Part shown: positions 26,011 through 37,743 of the stretch, piece after piece
Layout: each line of letters opens with the position of its first letter
How positions within the stretch are numbered: position 1 is the stretch's first letter
Source of the DNA: Rhizophagus irregularis
Taxonomy: Eukaryota
Assembly (NCBI RefSeq): GCF_026210795.1
Contig: NC_089431.1
Location: forward strand, 248,001 to 312,000
Length of the DNA stretch: 64,000 nt
Direction: 5' to 3'
Made by a program: the position numbers and the translations under genes
The notes under the pieces: model-generated
The model's input: the letters and a program-made list of their open reading frames with translations, nothing else
Databases searched by the model: none
What the model was told of the DNA's origin: nothing

Positions 26011-27915
26011 ATGGAAAATAAGCCAAAGTGGTTATGGAAGAATGTTGATTATGATAAATATCAGGTATTATAAATTCACATTTATTATTAATAACTATAG
26101 TAATATTGAATTTTTGTAGTTAAAAATATTAATAATTTTTTGTCTATTAAAAGTGGCATGTTACAATTTCTACTATTGATTCAACTATTGAATCAGAAAA
26201 TGTAGATGAAAAAGTAGTTTATATAGAAGATTTAGAAAAAAGAAGACAAGCGTATGGAATATGTGGAGAATGTAAAGAACCTGGTACAGGAGAATATTGG
26301 TGTCAACCTTGTAATGCTAAAAGATTTAAGGATAACTTTAAAAATTGGACTAGTGGAAATAAAGATATTGATGAATTTATACAACAATCACAACTTAATG
26401 TTGTGCATTATTATAAATGTCTTGAATGGATACCTTTTGAAAAATTTCAAAATATCACTTATATTGCAGAAGGTGGTTTTGGAAAGATTTATTCAGCTGA
26501 ATGGCCTGAAGGAAATATTAATTATTGGGATATTGAAAATCAAAAATGGTATAGATACAAAGATTTTGATAAATATGCATTAAAAAGTTTGAATAATTCT
26601 TCTGATATATGTTCAGATTTTTTAAATGAGGTAATTTAAACTTACTTTGTCTTATATATAAAGATTGTTATTTGCATTTATTTATTAATAAAATTTTTCC
26701 TTTTTGATGATAATTAGATTAAATCTCATCTTCAGATTTATCTTGGTGATATTGTTCGATGTTATGGAATTACTCAAGATCCAAATAATAAAGAGTATAT
26801 GATGGTTTTAATTTATTGTGAAAATGGAAATTTGAGAAATTATTTAAATAAATCAAATAATTATATTAATTATAAATCAAAAATTGATCAATTACAACAA
26901 ATTGCAAGAGGACTTTTAGATATTCATAATGCTGAAAAAGTTCACAAAGATTTTCATTCAGGTAATATACTATATAGAGGTGGTCCATTTATAAGTGATT
27001 TAGGAATGTGTCAACCAGCAAATAAGCGAAAAGTTAAAGAAGAAGGAATTTATGGAGTATTACCATATATGGCACCAGAAGTTTTACGTGGATACCAATA
27101 TACAAAAGCAGCAGATATTTACTCATTTGGAATAATAATGAATGAGTTAATTTTTGAAGAAACTCCTTATAATGATATCCCACATGACGAATTTTTAGCT
27201 ATTAAGATATGTAAAGGACTTAGACCAAAAATTTCTGAAGATACACCAAAGTTGCTTGCGGATTTAATAATGAAATGTTGGGATGCTGAAATAGAAAATA
27301 GACCAACCACTAAACAATTGTCTCAGATATTAACAAAATGGAATGATGAAATTGATGATAGTGATGATGGTGAAGATAGTGAAATTTATTCTCAAATAAA
27401 AGTATGTGATGAAATTGGAGAAAAAAAATTTGGAAGCAGATCAAGCAAAGATAAACCCAAAAATTTTCAAACACATCCACAAGCAATTTATACTAGTAGA
27501 CTTTTAAATTTTAAAAATCTTCCAAAACCAGTAAATTCTTCAGATTTATCATCTTTTCAATTTAATTCAGGTAGTTTAACTCATTTATTTTATCAAAATT
27601 CTATTTTATATTACTAATATTTGTTTACTTTAATATGTACAGATACTAATACTCAATCAGAGTCAGCAAATCCAAGTAAGTGCTTCTACCAATAATTACT
27701 ATAATATTTACATTCATATTTATTAATTACTATATTATTTAATTTATAGTCTCAGAATGCTTGGACGTCCAATTAAGCGAATTAGGTAAATATTATTTGT
27801 ATAATGTATTAATACATTTGCAATATAATTAATCTAAGTTAAATTCTAACGATTTATTTGTTTTTCAATAGAACTCAATGAAATTTATCAAGATAATAAA
27901 AATGATATTGAATGA
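26011..27915 (+). CDS. TKL-like protein kinase with N-terminal CxxC-x9-CxxC motif (paralog 3)
   Basis: Exons 26011-26064, 26154-26630, 26718-27570, 27643-27675, 27750-27785 and 27872-27915; all introns GT-AG and in frame. Motifs: GGFGKI, ALK, HKDFHSGN, SDLG, YMAPE. Confidence 0.9.
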
Positions 27916-28459
27916 GTTTTCCTTGTAGTCTCAGTTTAATTATTTAAAAAACATATATTATAAGTTAGCTTTATTAACATATTTTTCTTATATCGTTATA
28001 CCTTTATATTGATACCTTGATTTTTTTAATATTTCACATTTATATTTAAGATCATTTTTATATGAATAAATTTTCAAATTTATACTTATTAGATATTTTT
28101 ATTATTTGATTTTTTAATGAAAAGTGCGTTCGTTTGATATGTATAGTATAATAGTACACTAAGTATAGTATATAAATATTCTTCATTTTTATTATTATTT
28201 CAAGGATGGGTAATATGATTTAATTTATAACTCCATAATTTCTTATACTACATAATATGTGATAATTAAGCTGCGTTTAAATTTCAATTTGGTATAGTAT
28301 ATAATCGTCGTTTTTTAAATCAATTTAAAAAAGGACACCAGGACGGTTATTAATATAATGCAGTTAGTCATACCAATATCAACCCTTTCTTTTTAAACAA
28401 TTAATCTGATTAATCTGTGATTTTAATAATCCTCATGACTAACTTTTAGTTTCACCAAA

Positions 28460-29575
28460 TAGTTTCACGTCCATTCCCCAATTGTGGAAAGAATGTTAAT
28501 ATTATGGATCCAAATTTTACTAGGAGCATTCACCATCATCTCAATCAAGTGGAACTTCAGCATTATCTAATTTGATGGGTGAAAAGTTTCTCTGAAGATC
28601 CAATGGAGGGTGTCGAGAATGTTCTATTTCAAAATCGAAAGTTGTGTAACTGTAACATGCGCCAAATGTGTTAAAATTTCCCGAAAGACACTGTCTTTTA
28701 TCCTGTAAATATGCTGTCCCTATGAAAAAAAATTTCTTTAAAATATACTTAAAATGTACTTATATATTTTAAAATATATCTAAAATGTACTTAAAATTTT
28801 CAAATGTACTTATAATATACTTAAAATTGCAATTTTAAGTATATTTAAAGTATAAAATTTTATACTTAAATTACATTTAAAATATACTTAATTGCAATTT
28901 AAATATAATTTAAGTATAATTTAAGTGCAAAATTTTATACTTTAAATATACTTAAAATTGCAATTTTAAGTATATTTTAAGTATATTTTAAAATGTTAAG
29001 TATATTTTAGGTATATTTTAAAAATATATAAGTATATTTTAAGTATATTTTAAAAAATACATAAGTATATTTTAAGTACATTTTAAAGAATTTTTTTTTT
29101 ATAGGGTGTGCATTATGATTGCATTGACAATTGAAGCAAAAAGTGTCCTATCCGCCCAGCTAAAGATTCAGAATTGTTTCAAGTAGAACAGGCTTCGAGC
29201 ACCACGCAGAAAAAACGTTCTAGGAATGAGTCTGACGTATCTACATCCAGTAAATGACAAAGTCCGTTGATAATTCCCTACATTGCAAAGACTGATTAAA
29301 TAATTGTCTACTACTGATCGTCTGATCCTGAAAATGAAGAAATCTTGCAAACCAACTCACCTCTGAACCGAACGGTGACTCAAATATTTTACTCAACTTA
29401 TATAATAAAATTTTTGATGGTAAAGACCTTCTTAGAACGACAACACAAGATATCCTTCGACACTACTATGATTTTGGTAAAGCATTATCAAAACAATATG
29501 ATTATTACAGAGAATTAAAATATGGAGATTTGGCGTCTCAGGCTCTAGTTGCCAAATATGTGAGGAAATAGCTTC
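28460..29575 (+). pseudogene. Degenerate RING-finger-containing gene, split by a MITE
   Basis: Fragments: PFPNCGKNVNI, SQSSGTSALSNLMGEKF, TCAKC...SCKYAVHYDCIDN*SKKCPI (RING-like; rejoined after removing 28718-29106 plus one TSD), TLQRLIK*LST, LYNKIFDG...HYYDFGKALSKQY. Multiple stops and frameshifts. Confidence 0.65.
28718..29106. mobile_element. Foldback MITE with 3-bp TSD (TGT)
   Basis: CCCTATGAAAAAAAATTTCTTTAAAAT ... ATTTTAAAGAATTTTTTTTTTATAGGG; nearly the whole element is palindromic (TATACTTAAAAT subrepeats). TGT flanks both ends. Confidence 0.85.
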
Positions 29576-30115
29576 CTTCAAAAGGTCTATGGCATCGATG
29601 TGGTTGCAGATAGGGGTAGGGCAATGATAGGTCGAGTTAAAACTTTTTCACTATCAATTATTATGGGTTTGTCTTGGGATGACATTAAATATGTAATCGC
29701 TAAAATGCTTCGTAGATAATTTTATTGTATTAATAATGAATCTTTAAACATTTTCTGCCAAATTGTGTTTGAATAGATTTTTATAATGCAAAATTATCTT
29801 TCGGATATATGAAAAAAATTTGCAACTTGCATTAATTTATAAATTTTATTCATTTAAGCAAAGGGTTTTATACTAGGTTTTAGTATATAAGGAAAGAAAA
29901 GTAGAACTGATAAGCAAGATTGCAATTATGGAATGTGTGTTTGTGGGATGTCTGAATGAGTTATTTATACACTAGATATATAGTTACTGTAAAAAAGATC
30001 TAAAAATTCTACGTATTTTTTATGATCTTCAAAGAAAGCGATCGTCCTAACTCTAATGTGCCATAGCATCAAACGATGCCAATTAGGTAAAATTAACGCG
30101 AATAAGCAAAAAGAT

Positions 30116-30574
30116 TTATAGATCACCTGGCTGAATTGGTGGATTTAATGTCAACTCATTCCCATCAAATTCTCTGATATTGACCTCCAAATTTTTCTTG
30201 ATGTAGTTTAGGAGATTCAACCTTCTTAGATCGTTGAGCATCTTTTGTAAGAATATTGGTTGGGATGGAAATTCCGTTTGATTCAGTTTTTTTACCACTA
30301 CATTTATCGTTTTTAGATGTGGTAGTAATTTGTTGTCTTCGGGTTCTTTGAGGTGGAGGCGGGCTTCCCTTTTTGGATATTCCATTAATGTTGGGATAAA
30401 CCCATACATATTTCCAATTGTTCGTTTATCATCATCGTCATCTGGTTCCTTAAAAAGTAAAAAGTCGTGTGAGTTCAGCTTTATTAATCAAGAACATTAT
30501 AACAGACTTACCAATTGATCTTTTTCTAGTAACCTCACCAACTGATCCAGAGTTAGTGGTGGAGTTAGTACCAT
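30116..30574 (-). CDS. Small hypothetical protein (~131 aa, 2 exons); may instead be the 3' part of a longer decayed gene starting near 30835
   Basis: Exon 30574-30512, a GT-AG intron 30511-30449 and exon 30448-30116 join in frame with the 97-aa ORF. An alternative upstream exon (KKWE*AGKPTIEEEEIL) carries a stop. Confidence 0.45.
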
Positions 30575-30874
30575 TCTTGTGATCTTCGCTTTTCTTAGAC
30601 TCGAGGTATGCTAGAAGTTCAACGGATAAAAGTTTAAAATTTGAGACTTTGTAATGTTATAAATAATTATAAATACCTAAAATTTCTTCTTCTTCTATAG
30701 TAGGTTTTCCAGCTTATTCCCACTTTTTAAATGCAGTAGAATTAAAATTTTTCTGAAAAGATCTCTCATTCCAGGCTTTTCTAATAACTCTAAAGCTCTT
30801 TGGTGCGTGTCGTAAAGCTCGTAGTTCATCCATGTTGATTAGTCTTTTTTTTTTCGTGTTAAAAAACATTTAAA

Positions 30875-32615
30875 TCAAACCAGCATGATTTCGAATACCT
30901 CGACATCAAGGTCTAAAATAGGATTGTGATTTTACCGGAAATTTTCCGACATGTTTTCAATTTATCGGTTTTTTTAAAAATTTATCGGAAAAAATTTAAA
31001 AAATTCCGGCTTATTAATTTTTATAGCCATTTAGTACTAATTTTTATTTATTTCTATTTTATGTTGTTCATTTTTTTTTATTATTTTATTTGATTCTATT
31101 AAATTCCTCTATTACATCTTTGATACCAAATTTTTAATATACGAGATTTTAATGTTTTTTCTTTTTTGAGAAAATGAAGTGGAACTTCTATGAGGATTTG
31201 CTTCGTCTAATTTATCTATTTCTTCCTCTATGGAAGTAGTCCTTTTCATTTGTTTATTTTTATTTCTATTATTATTTGCATTAGTGTTAACAGGTTTATA
31301 ATAATGAAGAAGTGACATTTTTTAAAAGTTCGTGTTTTGATAAAAAAAATTTATAATTTACGTAAAAAATCATTTTCAACATAATTTACGTAAATAAATT
31401 TTTCCAGGCAAAAATCCGATTAACATAAAAATTTTCGGATATTTTCAAAATACGTCGGTTTTTTAGACCCTGCTCGACATACTCGCCCAATATTTACATT
31501 ATCAGCTATGGACGGAAATTCTTGAATAGAATCAATCATGCTTGACGGCACGTTTGACCACAAAGCCCAAGATGTACGGCATGTTAAACGTTTTCTTTTG
31601 ATGTACACCATTCGAGATTAGACGCCCTATTGCTTGTAGCAATATGGTTCACATATTCTTTACCTTCTTCATTCGGAGAAAATGCTAACGCCACCAAACG
31701 ATGAACCTGATATTTATAAACCCGGCCAATTCGGTAATAGCCTGCATGTAATGATCTTTTGGTAATTAAGACGTTGGTTAACTGAACCCTTCCTAAGGAT
31801 GAGACTCTGAATTTCTGTGAATTAATCTCTATTTCTCTCCATTCTTCATCAGGATTTTGTTCTACATAATCTTCATAATATATCCAACATCAACCACCAT
31901 CGGTATTTAGCTTTTTACTACAACATGCTGAATATAGTTGAGACATTACCAGAACTAGCATCACCATCATTATCATCACTATCATCATCGTCGTCATCAT
32001 CATCATCATCATCACCATCACCATCATCAATATTATGGTCATCGTTAATATTAGGTAATAATCCAGAACCAGCACAATATTCGCCATCATATCCATTATC
32101 TCAATATCCACAATATTCTAATATTCACCACTACCACCGCCATCATCACAATTGTCATCAACACTATCACTTCCTTGTATATTATCAACGAGCTGGCAGG
32201 TTGACCGTCATGATCGTCATAATCAGACTTATCAAGAAATGAAACTTTGGGATGAGCGAAAGATGAATGATGAATTATATCCGCAATCACAAAAACTAAT
32301 GCTATTTTTTGAGATTTTAAGTGTATCACCAGCAATACGGATGAAATTCCAGACTCGAACAACATTTCCATCTAACGTTTTCTGAACGATTTGTCTAGAG
32401 TTACCTTGACCATGACTAGGATCTGGGAATAGCATTTTCTTTAGGGGTTACCCATTCCAAATTAACAGCCGATTATCATGTCTGATGTCGTTAACATGAT
32501 TAACATGGGGCTTTTTTTCTGGATTAGGAATGAATGTTTCGTGCAACTAAAATATGGACACTGGTATGCTCCGTAATACCAATTTTTGGTGCAATATGAA
32601 CTTTCGTAATACCTA
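30875..32615 (-). pseudogene. Tandem HNH endonuclease pseudogene (HNH-NUMOD1-NUMOD4-HNH-NUMOD1 architecture)
   Basis: Minus-strand fragments in order: [116 protein letters not shown]...[70 protein letters not shown]. It has stops, frameshifts and two insertions. Confidence 0.85.
30907..31472 (-). mobile_element. hAT-like non-autonomous element (internal deletion derivative)
   Basis: Exact 8-bp TSD CTCGACAT (30899-30906, 31473-31480). TIRs CAAGGTCTAAAA / TTTTAGACCCTG. The internal ORF 31112-31318(-) may be a transposase N-terminal stub. Confidence 0.85.
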
Positions 32616-33084
32616 ATATAAAACTATATGGTTAAAAAGCCACTGTTTTGAACTTCTATTTTTTGACTTAAAATATTCTCCTTATTCAATATTTTTGGTT
32701 TGAAACTTTTGTATGAAGTTTTAAAACTTTCACGAATGTCTATTTGTTTTTGCGAATGTGAAATAAAGAATATTACTGGTTTCCATTTATTAGTTTAGTT
32801 TTGAGTCAACAATAGCCATATAAAGTTTATTTTTAGAAATATATCCATTATGTAAATATACACTATTTTTTTTTTATTTTTTATTATTTTTAAATATTAG
32901 TTCTTTATTCTGTATACTTTAAAATGATTTATTTATTCTTACGTTTTAAACTTGTTTAAAGACTCTTTAAACATATATATGGTATTTTAAATAATATTAG
33001 ATTTATTTATTAACTTTGTTTTTTCTCTGTCTTCATGTCTTCGTCGCGGTTAACTAGGGAGGATACTCTACCCTTAAATTTACG

Positions 33085-33360
33085 CAATTTTTTTTTGCTG
33101 ATTTTGTGATTTTTCAGGGAAACGAAAAATCACGTGATCAACGCGTAAAAATTAAGTTTTGCCAATAATTCTAAAAATGAGAATAAAAAATAAAAATGAG
33201 AATACCATACAACCACTAAAACTAGAATTTTAATGGTATTCTCAATAATAGAGAAACATTTTTTTTTTCGGAATAAATATATTAAAAATTTACAACTGAT
33301 CGGTTTTTTGACCGGTTTTTTTATATATAAACTGACCGAACCCATAACCGAACCGGACAG
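33085..33360. mobile_element. Transposon fragment, inverted homolog of 16380-16570
   Basis: Shares CGAAAAATCACGTGATCAACGCG and ACTGATCGGTTTTTT blocks, in opposite orientation, with the 16.3-16.8 kb insertion. Confidence 0.55.
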
Positions 33361-33629
33361 GATTCTAACAATTTTACTGCCTCCTTCGGCGCTCTGTAAT
33401 ATTCGGAAGATCCTTCTTTACAAGTGTTAACAGTAAACTACTCGAAAAATAAACCAAAATCGAACTTAAACTCACATTTCCCTTTTGTTTCCTACCCATC
33501 TTCGATTTGCCCAAAGTCCAATTCTGCTCTGAAATTAACGTTTTCAAGTGATAATCGCACCTTCTCCATTTAAAAATATTATTTCACGGGTTTTTGAGAA
33601 ACTCATTTTTTTTATTTTATTTTTCCGTC

Positions 33630-33910
33630 TAAAATCCCGAAACTCAAAATCCTGACAGGTGAGCGACTTTCGGGCAGCTTTAATGTGGGCTAATTTTCGG
33701 AATTTTGTACCTGTCAGGATTTTGAACCTGTCAGGATTTTGGATTTCGGATTTTGAGTTTTCGGGATTTCGTACCATATCCTTCCTATTTACACTGTTTA
33801 CGGTAATTCTTTTATTAAACAAATATACTTCTAGTGGGGGACCATTCAAAATCCTGAACGATCAAAATCCCGTGAAAATTCAGAATCCCGACACTCATTA
33901 TCCCGACACT
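33630..33910. mobile_element. MULE-like subterminal repeat remnant (CAAAATCC(C/T)GAC units)
   Basis: AAAATCC(C/T)GA motifs repeat in both orientations. The same motif family occurs at 39630-40024 and 63013-63149. Confidence 0.5.
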
Positions 33911-36197
33911 TAATTATTTTTCGGATGCCGCAGAATTGTACGAAATTTTAAAACATCGAATACAACACAGCCGAACGCGCTAAGGCGGCAATAATTTTGT
34001 CCATCATTTAATGGCTGAACCTTATTTTTTTTTTTTTTAGGCGAATATTTTTATTGATATTAATATGTAAAGTTTTGCAAGAATTAATGTTTTTTATTAT
34101 AAAAATTAATATTTTTTTTTTTTATATGTCGCTACTTTAGAATATAAACACATAATTGAAGGTGTTAACATCAGAAGAAACACAACATCATTTAATGATT
34201 ACAAAACATTAAAATCTAAAGTTTTATGCTATATTCGTAACAAATTTTATATAAAGTATTGATTTTTCTTTAAAAATAAATATAATTGTGGATAAATATG
34301 GCCAGCTACTAAGTAATTATTAATTTTCGCGGCTATGCAAAACTGACCCTTAGGTCAATCTTTACTAGAATTAGATATCAGATATGATCAGCCACTTGTG
34401 TAATTTTCTCTTTATGGGTAAAAAGAAAATATGTTATGCTAAATTCTAAGTATGGATTTATAAAAATAGTAACCTCATACTACAATAGTCATGAAATTTT
34501 CAGCCTCTGGCAACATCCGATCGAATGAAAATTTTTAAACTGTCGGAGAATTAAATCATGATATAAACCGTCGAAATAAATAACTATGTTGATAATCTAT
34601 TTTTACCTATGTAAATGAATAACTACGTTTGATAATCTATTTTTACCTATGTACCACAGTAAGGTTGAACGTAACTTCATTGTAGGTGATAAAATATAAA
34701 TATAATAGGAAAATACTCCGTTTAATATTTATTTATGCAAAGAAATTGTAAATACGAAAATGAAAATAAAAATATCTGAATCATATGATTCATTAACTGG
34801 TAAAGAAGATGAGAAGAATTTTATCTGGATGATGGTCTGATCGTATTGAACCAGTAATTACAATGAATAATCTTGAAACTTAAACTTTACCCGAAATTCC
34901 ATTAGCGAAATAGAAATACAATAAATACAATAGAAAGACTGAATGAATCGAAATTTTTCGGAGAGCGGTGACACAAAAGCTAAGGACATTGCATACAATT
35001 AATTATATTTAAGAAGGGTTTACATAATAGATTGATTAATTACGAGATCATTAAAATAATCGCCAAGGGTTTTATTGAAATATTATTTTGGGTAAATTAA
35101 AAACTCAAACAAGGGGAAAGACCATATTTGTTTAAATTTTGTTTATTTATTTACAGTATTATTCACGCGACAATAGGTATATTGTTGATTTGAACCGTTA
35201 TGAATAATATTATATAACCAAACTAAGGTATTATTAAATAAACAAAAAAGGTAAAAAGAAATGTCACGCAAAGTTCTTTTTTTTTCATTAACAGGGATCC
35301 TTCATGACTTGAATCGTACAATAGAATCGAATTTATGTTACGGTGATTTGAGAATTCCGTTTTTACTAAGCGATTACTATTAATTTTGACCAGTCTATAA
35401 AAAATTTTATCCGTTATTTCTGTAAAAACTCCGTAAATATGAGCCCTTTCACGGGTCCCATTCACAAAAAAATATATATAACTCCGTAATATAAGGTTAT
35501 TAATTCCGGAAATGTGAACCTTTTACGGAAAAAAAGATGGAATATCGACTTTTTTTTACAGGTCCAGTAATTGTTCTAAGATCCATTTGTCTCTTAATCT
35601 AATTTGCGTGGTCCAATAAGATTACGAAAAACTTATTTAAGATTCATTAATTATGAAATCGTCTTAATAATAAGAATTCATTTATATAGTTTAAAGTGAC
35701 ATGTCAATCGTTACATAATTGAACTTACATGTCTAATTGAAAAAAACTACTAAAATAACGAATTAGAGAATTCCCCTACGATGATTGGACGGCTGACGTA
35801 ACACATAAATTACATTATTGCAACTTATCTAATATATGATTAATTGAAAAAAAACTACCAAAATAACGAATTAAGAGAATGATTGGACGGCTTGGACGCC
35901 TTAGAGCGCAAATTAATAAATTATGATATATTGAATCAACAAATTTAGTTGACTAATTATAAGTAAATTATAGATGTAAAAGATTATTACCAAAAAAAAA
36001 ATAACAATGTTTTATTACAACATATGATATAACGTGAAAATATGATCGTTATCAATTAATAGTATTATCTTTCACACAAAAACTTTTATGAACCACTTAA
36101 GATAATTATTACTGTATAAAATTGAAGACAAATAAAATCGAGAAAAGGGAGATTAATTACTAAATATGAGCGTGAATTTTATTTATTTATTTATTTT

Positions 36198-36291
36198 CTC
36201 CGTAAAAAAATTTATCCGTAATTTCTGTGATTTTGATACGTTTACGGAAATAACATGGAATAAAAAAACACGGAATAAATTTTTTATAGAG
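36198..36291. mobile_element. Short MITE-like inverted repeat
   Basis: Imperfect TIRs CTCCGTAAAAAAATTTATCCGT / ACGGAATAAATTTTTTATAGAG. A related degenerate copy lies at ~35394-35562. Confidence 0.45.
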
Positions 36292-37743
36292 TTTTTTAAT
36301 CCAGGATAAGAATTTGTAAACATAAATTCATAAATTAAATTTACACAGTTTCGAATTAAATATAAAAATATTATGTACTGCTGTAAAAACTTCCGTTATA
36401 TTATACTTTGCTATATACGATGAATCCGTTCCATTAGTAATTTTCAAAATTCGTTATATCTAGAAATTGAACAAATTTATAATAATCCGGTTCAGACAAT
36501 TTCATATTTACTTATGGTTCGATATACCGAATTTCGCTGTATATATGATCATATATACTGTATGCACTAATATCACGCATCGATTGACGAATTTTAGAGT
36601 TTGGTCTATAAGATATTAAAAGTTACACAATCAGGAAGAATTTGGCCAAGCAAATAATAATTGCAATTTAAAATAATAAATCATTTATAATAAACAAATG
36701 AGTTATGGTTTAATTTATTGCATTAATTCGTGATTGGTTATCATTAAAAAACAATAATATCAATAATAGAATTTTTAGACCCGTTGACTCAAAATGACGA
36801 ATAATCATTAGTCGGTGTCGTTACTCCGGACATCTGATGAACATCATCGTAACACGTGAATTATTCTTATTCTAAATTTCTAATCCTGGTAGGATGAATT
36901 TATAATCATTATTCTAAGAATTTTCCTATTATAAAATTTTTTTTAAAAAAAAATTCTTTAATAATTTTGCTAAATTTACGTAGAAAAGAATTATTTGAGT
37001 GGTCGTAAATATTTTTAGAATATTTCCATTATTGAATATTCTTATGAAAAGGAGTAATTACTTAAATAATGTGTGTGTAACACAGTTATGTCATGTAAAT
37101 ATTTTGTATATGTAATGCATTAATTATTTAATAGATAATCTTGTGATTTGTTACGTTATAACAACAAAACGGCATAGTATTGAGCCATTGACAAATTTGT
37201 AAATTCCCGATTAGGGTCAACAAATGTAGTCAATAACATTTAAGTTCAGAAAATTAGAATTCTAGTTATACTTAATGGAGTTTCTTATCCCCGCCTTCTC
37301 CTTTTATTTATTATATTAAAAATCAAGTTTCAGTAAAAATAAGCAACCCAATTTTAATTTTACTATTAGGATCATCAGAAAAGGATCCACATAATTATTT
37401 TGAAAAAAATTTTCTGTAACTGTTATCTGTTTTATATGATCTTCGTGAAGTTTATACTAAAAAGTTTAATTCTAACTTTAAAATCCCGCACAAACCTATC
37501 AATAAATAAAAAACATTGTTATATTAGAAAACGTAATATATATTTGTAATATATATTAAATAAATTAAAAGTAGGGCACACAAACAGTAAGTATAATTAA
37601 CTTTTTTAATACAAAACAATATATATAAAAGCCGATCAAAAGTCATTTGCACTTCATGATATTCATACATAAATGTACAATAATCTTCCATTCCCTTATA
37701 ATTTAATCCTTTTCAGTACTTTATAAGAAAAAAATAAAAAAAA

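Noticed and set aside
31925..32385. Ser/His-rich and other ORFs over the (CAT)n region
   Set aside because: They are low-complexity frames across the insert in the HNH pseudogene, not credible independent genes.
34578..35892. Short local direct duplications (34578-34652; 35735-35892; also 39457-39538)
   Set aside because: These are ordinary two-copy slippage duplications with no further structure.
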